Source: Tubiluchus corallicola (taxonomy: Eukaryota; Animalia; Priapulida). Taken from it: a DNA stretch of 64,000 nt. The DNA lies in contig JAQGDQ010000200.1 of the NCBI GenBank assembly GCA_030141605.1, forward strand, positions 310,001 through 374,000. The letters run 5' to 3'. The position numbers were made by a program, and so were the translations under genes. The notes under the pieces were generated by a model. That model did no database searches. It was not told the origin of the DNA and saw only the letters and a program-made list of their open reading frames with translations. Below, in pieces: positions 1 through 11,002 of the stretch; positions within the stretch are counted from its first letter, which is position 1, and the number at the start of each line of letters is the position of its first letter.

Positions 1-1540
1 GGAGGTGTTACTGGTTGACCATCTCTATTTACTTCGTGATCTTTATTCTGTCTGCCTATAATTTGTAGAACAAGAAATTGTTTTTTACTGGTGATAAATG
101 TAGTGGAAATTGGAGCATTTAAAGCTTTTTGTTTAATGATAATAATACATGTACTTTTACTGTTTTGATAAAGCCACCTTTAAAAAAATGCATGAACTCA
201 TAACGTATTGCACAATTCAATTGCTGAGGTTTAATGAGAAATTAGCCTTTATTTAGTAACATTTAAAAACATGTGAATGTGACAAGACAGTACTCTTGTT
301 CTTCTGTAATGTTTTACATCTATCAGAGTCAATCATACATGCTATTATTAGCCCATGTATCCATGGAGCGCTGCAACTACTATTGCTGCTGTCTTGTGTC
401 TATGTCTATGTCTGAAACCAGGATCTGAAAGCGAAAAAGAACGTATATATTGCGAATGGGTAAAGATACCAAATAGGACCCAAAATCTCTTCCTGTTTTT
501 GAGCGTCTGCTGTCCAGCATCTGTTCCTCCACCAACCAACTAAGACTAGGACTGCAAACCATTATAGGGATAAATAATGACAAAAACTTTGAAAAATAAA
601 TTTGATAGCGTCCACTTTGCTTGGATGCTAGACACTTTGTTGTTAACTGTTTGTTGTGAACGCTAGACGCTAGATGTTAGAAACCAGCAGCTCGACGCTG
701 GATGCTGGAAGCCAGATGCCAGACATTGGATGGTTTGGTGTATCTCACGCATTATTCGTTTTCGAAAGGTTTTAATGATATTTCCTTTGACCTACTTACA
801 GAAACAAGCCACCTCTGAAATTGCTTAAAAATGATATCGGTTTTACTCGCGCATTGGTCTCTTATTAAGTCACTGATTCCACCTTTTATCTCCTTATGGA
901 AACAAATTACCAACCTGTTTAAATCAATTAAATCAAAAATCTGTTAAATTTCGTTTTACCCTTTCCTTGGCCTCTGATTACCCGGCTTCCCAGTATGGCT
1001 GATGTTAGAGATGTGAGTGTGTGCTTGGGCATACTCATCCCTATGAGGAACTGTTTCTCATAACCGCGATGTACAGAATTGTTGCCTTGTGGAATGCCTT
1101 ATTGATTAAGGATGTTTAAGGTAGTCAGTAACTATTTTGCTCATTTTATCACGCTCTGGCGCAGTAGGTTCTTTGCAAAATCTTCTCATTTGTTCCACTT
1201 GTGGCTTTTACTTATCAACTACTTTGTATGATTTCATTTCCTTTTTGTCATTTTAGTACCTCTTGAGTGGTACCTGTAGATGTTGCGCAAAACGTATGAC
1301 TTTTTACTGTTGGTATTTACTATTTGCTGACTTTATTACTTGTCACATGCCGCCATTGCCTGTATAGGTGTTACACATGGCACGACACCTGTGCAATTTG
1401 CAATGTTGAAATATAAAAAAATTTTTATCCAGCAAAATCTAACACTATTGGGTTAATATCGTTTCTCAGTAACTTTATTGGTTTAAAAAAATTTAATTAT
1501 TGGGAAAATAAAGCATCCGTGGGCCTGTTCTTGTCAATTA

Positions 1541-2203
1541 CAGGTTGTTCCAAAAGAAACTGTTGAGTAAAAATTCTAAAAAGCGTATAAATTATTATAT
1601 CATACGAAATTTAGTCGTAAGTAATGATATGAAAAATATCTATTATATTAATTTCGCTGGTATATATTTATATTTATTTATATATATATACATATAAGAT
1701 TCGAGGCTACAGCTTCGACGACGGCACCATTTGTGGCGATCTATACATCAAACGAAAGGTCTCGATCTAGTGTCGTCTCATTGATGGTTTATTCTTCGAA
1801 TCGGGCCCACCTTGCCGTTTTTTGCAAAAAATTGCAAAAGTTATACGGCTGAGATGTAGAGAACGGGAATGGGCCGAGAGTGGTGCTGGGTATGGATACA
1901 TAGCCCGTTCAGCGGTGGGTATAGTAGGCATATTTAGAATTCGCGAGAGGGCCACGGCGTCCCGTAACGGGCGTTTTCCTGGACCCAACTCGCGATTTTT
2001 TCGAAATTTTGGCTAAACAGCCTGCAAAAAACGTTCTAGCGGCGCCTGGTGAGACTCTCGGAAGGAGATATATAGCTCTTTAGAAAAAGGAAGGACAGGG
2101 CTACACGATGTCATTATAATATCATAATGCAGAAGCACAGGTTCATTTTGTTATAACAGTCTTTATGCCATATTTCTGCACGCGCTCTTTTTGGAACACC
2201 CTG
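1541..2203. mobile_element. Non-autonomous Tc1/mariner-like element (MITE, 663 bp)
   Basis: Terminal inverted repeats CAGGTTGTTCCAAAAG (left) and CAGGGTGTTCCAAAAA (right, reverse complement), with TA on both flanks. No transposase ORF. Confidence 0.8.
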
Positions 2204-2339
2204 TATAAGTTGGCTTTTGTGTACGTTACATCTTTGTTGTGCAAGAATACAAACAGTATCATGTTTCACATTAACCTCTGTGTAAACAATTTCTAGTGTT
2301 CAATGAAATCCCCTGCTAGATTCATAGTGTATTATAAAA

Positions 2340-2536
2340 ATTCTTGTAGCATTTGCAGCGCAATTATCTATGCCTGGGCGGTTACAAGTCAAGGTGTGTT
2401 TCGCTTACGGCTCTGCAACAATGCAACTTGTAAAAGTATCACACGGCGGTTCGGATCCGCTGATTAAAAGAAATAACCTGTTTACCTGCTTGGGTCGCGG
2501 ATATACTGGAAGTGATGCGGAACTACCTGTGTAAGT
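2340..2536 (+). promoter_or_regulatory. Putative promoter and non-coding first exon of copy 1
   Basis: Local CpG enrichment ending at a strong donor (gtaagt at 2531). The first coding exon starts with an acceptor at 4603, so an upstream non-coding exon is expected. Its exact position is inferred. Confidence 0.35.
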
Positions 2537-3560
2537 TACTTATCTTATCACAGTCGAAATTTCAACTCAAAGTGCTGAAGTAATTACTTATGATTTATTT
2601 GGATCAGATGTTGTTGATAGTTCTATTATTTACGTAACTACGTTTTATGGTGTTTACAAATAATGCATTATAATTATTTTTAAAAGTGTTCTAATATTCT
2701 CTTAGTTTAGGGAAAGTTTCTAGACTATGCACGTATTGTATAGACATAGCTGCTCAAGTTACAAGTTTATCAGATACTTTATGATAGCGATATGGTAAGA
2801 ACTTTACGTTATGACGTTATTGAGTAATAATTTCCACCCATTAGTTGTAAAGAAAACGCGCCCGTACGATTTACTTTCTTTCCTGTAAATCCTTGAAAGT
2901 GCACTAGTTTTTTCTGATGCCAAATTCCCAAAAACGTGAAACTTCAGGGCGACGTGCATCACTAGTTTTACAATAGAAAGTTGACTGCTCTGTAATTATG
3001 CTTAACTGTAATTGTGCTAGTTGTAAGGCATGTTATGTTTTTATTTTTTAAACTTCTGTTTATCAGTAAAGCACTACTAAATGTATTGGATTAATTAGTG
3101 TTAGAGCCTGAAGAAGTAGAAAATATGCACTTTAAAATAACTGAATTCATTTCAGGGACAATGTTAGATACACTCAAATGTTAAGTTTGTTTTGCAGCTT
3201 TTTATAGCCCATCATATAGACAGAAGTATATGTGGGTTACAGTAGACATACTTACATGCAGGGAATCAATGTACAAGCATAATGCTTTAGGAGAACAGTC
3301 ACAAAATATTTGTACTTACAAGTTATCACAGGTTTGTCTACTTTGTTGTCTATTTTAGTGCATTTAGAAAAGATTTTTACTTGTGCAGATGTGCCGAAGT
3401 AGAAATCTCAAAATAGAAGCAAAGCAGTGATTTAAATTAAAGCATACTGGTAGTAATTACTATTATACGTGTGTTTTTTTTCTGATGTAGCTGCATTCCT
3501 TTTAATGTTTGGAAAACATAGTGACTGTCAGAAAAAATATTAGTAGTGTTTTTAAATGAA

Positions 3561-3603
3561 TAAAAGTGTCCACTGTCCAAATAGTGGACAGTGGACACTT
3601 TTA
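3561..3603. repeat. Perfect 19-bp-stem hairpin
   Basis: TAAAAGTGTCCACTGTCCA-aatag-TGGACAGTGGACACTTTTA. Confidence 0.9.
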
Positions 3604-4623
3604 AAGGAATAAGTGAAAAAAGAGATTTTCATGGTGATCTATCTGTTACTGCTGCTGATTTGTGACATAGTTGTAAACATAGTTAAGGAATGAATTCTGT
3701 TTTCCCCACATTGTCAAAAACTTGTGTACTATTAAGAATGCCATGTTTACTACTTTGTACAGTGTGCAGTATATACACTGCACACACCAGTTTGGTTAAA
3801 ACACTAACTAGTCATTTTTACACCTTAAATGCTTCTTTATAATTTGTTGCTCTGCCATCTAAAATAATGCACTTGTTGGCATGGAGACCTTGCTAACTTT
3901 TTCTGTAAAAGACTGTTACACATATATAAATTTAACCTCCCTCAACTAGGTAAACAATCGGAATCGTTATGATCAGTGAAACCTCCCAGACTGAGCACTG
4001 ATTGTGGCAGTCACCCATCGACTCACTGAATAGTCAGTGTTGTTGAACTTCAGTCTTTAAGCTACTCGGTGACCAGTTGATTATTCTCCTCGCTCTGATA
4101 TCATATTGATAGTTTTCCCTATATACACTGTATATCCTAACTACTGTGTGTATGTAGCATGTGTCTGTCACACCTTAATCAGACTGTTACGTGTTAATAA
4201 ATCAACAACAAAAATGCTACAAAAAAAAAGTAACTGCTAAACAAAACATTTAATTAAGTTTGCATCTTCAGATAGTGTATAGTTTTTTGAAGCAAGCTTG
4301 TTAAATTAATAATTTAACCTATGAACAATTAAAAGTTAAAAATCAGATATTGATGAAAATAGGAATACCTTCGTTCAGGTAGAACGCTACCTGAAGTGTC
4401 CCTAGGCAGTTCTGCAAGCATTGTTCATATTTCGATAAAGTATATTTGAAAACTTTTGGAAACTGATGTTGTTTTCAATTTTCGAAGTATCATTTTTCAT
4501 AGAGCTTTGTCTTTTGCACCGCTCATTACTTTTTCGTGCAGATTGGTAAGTTGGTAAACTAGTTTTGCTAAATGAGTTAGTTTAAACTTAATTGTCTTGC
4601 AGGCCTCAGCATAATAGGACAAG

Positions 4624-4804
4624 ATGGCTGTAAACATATATGGAGCCATCTCCATCGCAGTATTTTATGTGATTATCTTGGTCGTTGGCCTGGTTGCAGC
4701 GAGAAAGGGAAAGAAAGCACAGGCAGAGGGCAGCACAAGTAGCGAAGCCCACTTGTTGGCCGGACGAAGCATTGGCTTAATCGTTGGTACTTTTACTATG
4801 ACAG
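4624..4804 (+). CDS. SLC5A7: Copy 1 coding exon 1 (acceptor before 4603, ATG 4624, phase-1 donor)
   Basis: ttgcag|GCC acceptor; [15 protein letters not shown]...GTFTMT; donor G|gtaatt. Confidence 0.93.
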
Positions 4805-7800
4805 GTAATTTCACATATATACATATGAATATGTGACGTATATGAATATATATACAAGTTTACAAAGCAAATCTAATCTCAAGTTTATAATTGCTAATGC
4901 AAGCAAAAAAATTAATAATGAGAAACATAGGAAATCTCTATTACTTCTTCAGGATTCAAACTTAGACCTGCTTGTTGGCTACCACTGAGCAACATCAAGT
5001 CTTTATATTTATTTTCTATTAATTTTATTATATTTAGAAATATAAAAGCAGATTAACTGTGAGCTTCATAAAACATGGACATTGTATTTGGCTTCTGATA
5101 AGCAAATGCTGCTTTTTAACTATTTTTTTCTTGTTTTATGTGAACGATGTGGTCTGCTGCTTCAATGCTGTTGTTTTATTCTTTGCACATTTTCCTGAAT
5201 ATTTTGCTACAAATAGGTCTCAATCTTGACCTAATCGAGCCAAAAGGCTTAATTATTGCAATGTAGTATAAAATCACATAATGCATTATAGATTATAGAC
5301 AGTTCATCACAACCTTTTGTATCTCATCTGTGTTGATTTCATTCATATTTTATTTAGTAAACTCTGTAGACTTTTTTTGATAAATGATAACAGAACTAAA
5401 TTAAATTTCCGTAATTTGCTATTTTAGCCACATGGGTGGGAGGCGGCTACATTAATGGAACGGCAGAGGCTGTTTTTACTTCAGGACTGGTATGGGCTCA
5501 AGCGCCTTTCGGATATGCGATTAGTTTGATATTAGGTTAGTTCGCATTAGTGGAATATGTGCAACATCACTTTTTGCTTGAAAGGCTGAAAGAAACAATT
5601 TGCATTGACAAGTTCAAACTAGTGTCATATACACTGTGTGATACTTTTTTTACTTAGGTGGTCTATTATTTGCAAAAAGGATGCGCCAAGCAGGATATGT
5701 AACAATGTTAGATCCACTCCAGGACAAATATGGGCGAATTATGGGTGGATTCTTATTTATTCCAGCATTACTCGGAGAAACATTTTGGTCGGCGGCCATA
5801 CTGAGAGCATTAGGTAATTAGATGTCACTGTTCATGCTCATTATCTCCAAGCTCTCCTTGAGCTTGGTGGAAGAATTTGCCTACACTAATATAGGAGTTT
5901 TTTAATCCATGGGCAAGTTTACAAAGTTTATAGTTTGCCATACAAATTACAAAGAACCAATTTTTGAATGTAACAATTATGTTTCTCAAAGTACTACCTG
6001 GGACTCAAAGTTAAGCATCATTTTAGTGGCTAAAATCATGAGGAATTTTTGAAGTATCAGAGAAAAAATGGTAAGTAAACCTGTTCCGTTACTCACAAAA
6101 GGAAACCACATTTTGTTAGGATGCTGTGTGGTTGGGTCAGAAGTGAGTTTTTGTTTTAATACGGTAAATGAATAGCTTTTGTATTAGGTCCTCAGTTTAT
6201 AGTATTTACAGTAAACACATAAGTATATAAAGTAATACAAGTAAACAGTTCTGAAATAAAAAAATAAATAAATCAGACCAAATCAAAAGTGAGTTTCATA
6301 AAACCACGAAAAAACATTTTACCAGTATATTTTAACAATAAAACTATCACTAATAGTTTACTTTTGTAGGTGCCACCTTGGCTGTTATTCTCGACCTGGA
6401 CATTCGTATTTCTGTAATAGTCTCTGCCTGTATAGCTGTGTTTTATACATTTTTTGGTGGACTGTTTTCTGTTGCCTACACAGATGTTCTGCAACTTTTC
6501 TGTATCTTTTTTGGCCTCGTAAGTATTCAAAGAATGATATTTGTGGATTCCAAATGTCTGCAAGTGAGGCAGCTTATTTTTTGTTTTGTAGGTGTAAGAA
6601 TATGACCTACTTTTTAGTTGTTTGTCTGTTATTTACTTAAAATATAGTGTTTGATTTATGGCAGAGGGTTTGCTGCAAGTCCAATTGTACATAAATTACC
6701 AATGTGGTCTAAATTAAATCATACAAAATACAAAAATGCAGCTTTTACTGCTATTGTTTCTATATGCATTTACTAGAATTTCTTTATTTGATCATATATC
6801 AGATCCAAGAATTTGATGTTAGCTGAACGGTAACTTGGAGTCTGGATGAAACTGACTCGTTTGCTGAGTACAAGAGTCTACAAATGACACTACTTTTCTG
6901 TTTGTTTCTCGAATGCTAGAATACGAACAAATTAGTGGTTCTTAATCATTTATGGACAATCTTAACCCTGGTTTGAAGAGTGGAGGATTAATACATGTCC
7001 AGTTTTTGTATTTGCCGCAAACCGAGTCCGCATGCAAATATTTTACGGTCAAATCGCAAAAATGCAAAATTTTTAATGCCGTTGTTTCTGATTGCATTTA
7101 AAAGACATTTGTATTTGAAAGCTGCAGCAGAAACGTTTGTTTACATTGAACAAAGACTGAGTCTGAACAAAATTGAGGTCCAAGTCTGTGGCTAGTGTAA
7201 ATACTGGACTAGAACAAGTTCAGTCTCATTACAAACTAGACTTTAGCATAACTCACATCTTATGGTTATGACATTTAAGTACAGTCCATTGCAATATTTC
7301 CTAATTAGCAAAATAACCGAAAAGCAAGTCTAATACAAGGCACTAAATATTCAGCATTCTTAGAGTTTCATATGTTCAAGTTTGTGTTTGATCAGACTAA
7401 AAATACTAACTCTATTTAACAATAATTCAGTGAGTAAGACCTACAGTTGTAATGCACGTCTAATCTTCTGAACACCTGTTCTCACAGTTATTTCATAGAT
7501 GTTCTGCATAGCATAAACTTAACCTGTGATGATTTTTAATCATCTTAAGTTAATCATCTAAGCAGCCACTCCATTGCCACTAGCTAGCCATACATTTAAG
7601 TAATCAACCAAATTATTAGTCCACCAATTAACCAATCAGAAATTTAGTTCAAGGTTGATACACTAGTGGTTATAACAGAGAAAGCTGTAAATAAATGTTC
7701 ATTCATTTATTATAAAATTCAAGTCATTTTATTACTTACCACAATGCTTACAATTCACATGTAATTTTGTTGTCTTATGATTTTTCTATGGTTTTATTGA

Positions 7801-10702
7801 TTTAATTATAATTTAACATACATTGTAGGCAGTCGGATTACAATATATATGCAACAATGGTTGTTAAATTGACTAAGAAATAAAGTTCAGAGTGCTGATT
7901 GCAACTGAAACGTTATGAAATGAAGTTTTCTTCCTCTACCTGCAAGCAAATACTACAGGTGTTTTTGTAAGGTTCAAAACAGCTGATTTTTCGTCTTGCA
8001 AAAGCTGACCGAACCAAAAAGATGTTAGGCAAAAATAAGTGAAGCTGTGAAAAGCTAAGGGGCAAAGCATGACGACGCCTAAAGGTGTGTCGAACCGTGC
8101 TAAAGCTGTTTGGTGCAGATGCATCATTTTTAATATAGATTTTATGCTGCTGAGTTCACAGGTTTATGGAACAGCAATTGCTCTTCGTACCTTAGAAATC
8201 ATAAAGTATTGAATTGTATCATGTTCACGTGATGGTACTGGTCTAATATTGCTTCCTGGATGTAAGAGTTTTTTGGGATTGTGCTAAACTATTATCTGTG
8301 TATCATAGTAATTCTCTAACTAAATCCATATCAAAGCAAATGTTTCCTAGTTAATTCTCACTGTTGATTTTTGATACATGTATTTAGAAATGATAAAAAT
8401 GGAGCAAAATTTTGCACTTTTTTAGTTACTGTTTTATGTCAAATTCAAACATAATTATGTCTGTTTTAGTGGGTCTCTATACCATTTGCCATGGTTCATC
8501 CAAATGTAACTAAAATATCGGACACGGCTAGTTCGTGGGTTGGGACGTTGGAAGCTAAATATGCTGCAGTCTGGGTCGATTATGCCCTGCTCCTTATTTT
8601 TGGAGGAATTCCATGGCAGGTACTGAAGAATTTAAGAAACTGATATTCAAGGTGCTTCGAAGGCTTGGTGCTAAATGAATTTATTAAAAATATTAAACGT
8701 GAAAATAAAATTGTTAAAAGAGTATTTGTGCTGACAAAATATCATTTTGAACAAAAATCACAGGCCGTTTTGATTCTTCCTGAGTGTTTGTTAACCGTGA
8801 TTAGCAATTAAAATTAAGAATTTAATTATGATTTTATAAAAATATACACACATTTTGCACATTCTTTCAGGTTGTGTATTTTGAACACATTTTTTAAAAT
8901 GCATTTTTAATAATTATTTTTTAATTTTCTTAGGTATATTTTCAAAGAGTATTAGCAGCCAAATCTCCTCACCGAGCTCGAGCACTTTCACTCATAGCTG
9001 CGTTCGGCTGCATAGTCATGAGTATTCCAGCTATTTTAATTGGTGCAATAGCAAAGTCAACCAGTAAGTTGAAGTTCCCTGTTTCTTATGGGTTTTGCTT
9101 AATGATTTAACATGTTTTGACAGTTTCTCAGCATTGTGAGTAACACAGAGCAAAATTATTAGCGTGAGCATACCCTAATGAATATTCCGGTTACCTAACA
9201 CAACGTGACACTAACCTGTTTAACACTTACCTGAATAGGGCAATCCTGGTCAGAGGTCACATTGCCAGAATCATTGTATCAGTGCTGCTTGAATTTTCTT
9301 TCAGCTTATTGTATTACGTTTTTCTTTCCATTTTCACAGTTTTAACCATTGTATCAAGTGTAACAGAATAAATGTTTAAGTCTCTTTCTTTGCATATTAA
9401 TTTATACTTTTTTTCATATTTTTTTATAGAACTCACAAATTTTAGCAAATTAGTCATGCACATAATACAGCATTACAGCAATATTGGCATTGTCGTTGTC
9501 ATGCTTATGTAATTTCAGACTGGAATGAGACATTATATGGGCAGGATATAACAGAGAGTGCTCTAACACTACCTCTCGTGTTGCAATACCTCACACCAAC
9601 TGCTGTATCATTCCTGGGGCTGGGTGCCATCTCCGCAGCAGTCATGTCTTCAGCTGACTCTTCATGTCTCAGTGCTGCCACGCTGTTTGCCAACAACATT
9701 GTGAAAATAATATACTCTGCAATAACAGGAAAGGAGGTGAGTTTTGGAAATCATGAAACAGAAAAGTTTAAAGAGTTTTGGCTTTCTATGTGCCTTGAAT
9801 GTGACACTGAGACAGGTGGAACTAAAAGGTCTTTTGAAATGCAATTATCTTTAGAGTTTGTTGTAACAAGCATTTTTTTTACTTTTGCCAACTCAAGTTG
9901 ACTATCAGCATTATTTATATGAATTAATGATGTATTATCCGCCATTATGTTAAAGGAAAAAATAGGCATTATATATTTTTGTATGATAATGTGAGCGATA
10001 TCTTCTCTTCAGTTTCCGCAGAATGCCCTAGTATGGGTTGTCCGAATTGGTATCATAATTGTTGGAGCATTAGCAATGGCAATGGCAATCACAATTGACT
10101 CCATCTACGGACTCTGGTTCCTTTGTTCCGATCTTGTCTACGTCATCTTGTTTCCGCAACTGCTAGCTGCTGTACACATTCCATTCACGAACACGTATGG
10201 TTCTGTTATGGCATATCTTATTGGTTTAATCATCCGGCTTGGTGGTGGTGAGCCCATCATTGGGATGAAACCATTTATTTACTTTCCATATTGGAATGCG
10301 GAAGATGGACAATTGTTCCCATTCCGGACACTGGCCATGTTGTGCAGCTTGACAGCTGTGCTCATTTTTTCCCTAATTCCTAAGTTGTTATTCGAGAAGG
10401 GAATTTTGCCAAGAAAATTCGACGTATTTCGGTGCATCGTCTGGGTACCAGACGAAATAAAAACCGAGTTACAGCCGGCCTATCCCACATCAGAATACCC
10501 CCGATATTATACTAAAGGGGAGGCTAATCCGGCATTCTCCACAGCTGAAGAGACAACTCATTCTCTGGATGCAAAAAGAATGCCAGAACGCGGTGCCTTT
10601 CAGCGAACTAGTAAACCTCACACAAATGATTATGAAAAGGACTATGGTTATCCTGTTTACTACGAGGGTGAGCCATCATCTCAGATGACAAGTTATTTGT
10701 AA
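4624..10702 (+). CDS. SLC5A7: High-affinity choline transporter 1-like, paralog copy 1 (8 coding exons, 593 aa)
   Basis: Manually spliced exons 4624-4804, 5428-5535, 5658-5813, 6370-6518, 8470-8619, 8934-9063, 9519-9736, 10013-10702. All introns are GT..AG; total 1782 nt with an open frame. CHT1 motifs: [96 protein letters not shown]. Confidence 0.95.
4950..4997 (-). mobile_element. tRNA-derived SINE head fragment
   Basis: Minus strand reads TGCTCAGTGG (A-box-like) and GTTTGAATCC (B-box-like) with no cloverleaf. Confidence 0.4.
5428..5535 (+). CDS. SLC5A7: Copy 1 coding exon 2 (108 nt)
   Basis: ttttag|CC; [36 protein letters not shown]; donor G|gttagt. Confidence 0.94.
5658..5813 (+). CDS. 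SLC5A7: Copy 1 coding exon 3 (156 nt)
   Basis: cttag|GT; [20 protein letters not shown]...[13 protein letters not shown]; donor G|gtaatt. Confidence 0.94.
6370..6518 (+). CDS. SLC5A7: Copy 1 coding exon 4 (149 nt)
   Basis: ttgtag|GT; [11 protein letters not shown]...[21 protein letters not shown]; donor |gtaagt. Confidence 0.94.
8470..8619 (+). CDS. SLC5A7: Copy 1 coding exon 5 (150 nt)
   Basis: ttttag|TGG; [14 protein letters not shown]...[11 protein letters not shown]; donor CAG|gtactg. Confidence 0.93.
8934..9063 (+). CDS. SLC5A7: Copy 1 coding exon 6 (130 nt)
   Basis: tcttag|GTA; [15 protein letters not shown]...IGAIAKST; donor A|gtaagt. Confidence 0.93.
9519..9736 (+). CDS. SLC5A7: Copy 1 coding exon 7 (218 nt)
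   Basis: tttcag|AC; NWNETLYG...LQYLTP...[10 protein letters not shown]...ITGKE; donor GAG|gtgagt. Confidence 0.93.
10013..10702 (+). CDS. SLC5A7: Copy 1 terminal coding exon
   Basis: tcttctcttcag|TTT (alternative in-frame acceptor at 10022); [13 protein letters not shown]...[11 protein letters not shown]...QMTSYL*; TAA at 10700-10702. Confidence 0.93.
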   Translation, partial: FPQNALVWVVRIGIIIVGALAMAMAITIDSIYGLWFLCSDLVYVILFPQLLAAVHIPFTNTYGSVMAYLIGLIIRLGGGEPIIGMKPFIYFPYWNAEDGQLFPFRTLAMLCSLTAVLIFSLIPKLLFEKGILPRKFDVFRCIVWVPDEIKTELQPAYPTSEYPRYYTKGEANPAFSTAEETTHSLDAKRMPERGAFQRTSKPHTNDYEKDYGYPVYYEGEPSSQMTSYL

Positions 10703-10996
10703 ATAATATTTGTACCGTATAATATTCTTTGAATGAAATGAGAAAAGTTGGTGCTCCTTTAGTCCTATACCTAAAACACAATAGTAATTACAGTTTGTTA
10801 AAAGTATTAAGTTTGGGTAACTTTTATACAAAGTTTAGTTTTAATGAAAATGGAATTAACAAAAAGGTTGTTACTGTCTTTTAACATATCTATTTTTGTT
10901 GTTCCAAAATTATGTGAATGTAAAATTTACGTAAGAAATTGCATTTTTTTGTATATTCACTTTTGTCATATTTTATGAAAATGTATTTTTTTATAA

Positions 10997-11002
10997 AATA
11001 AA
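10997..11002 (+). terminator. Probable polyadenylation signal of copy 1
   Basis: AATAAA about 300 nt after the stop codon, in a T-rich 3'UTR-like context. Confidence 0.5.
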
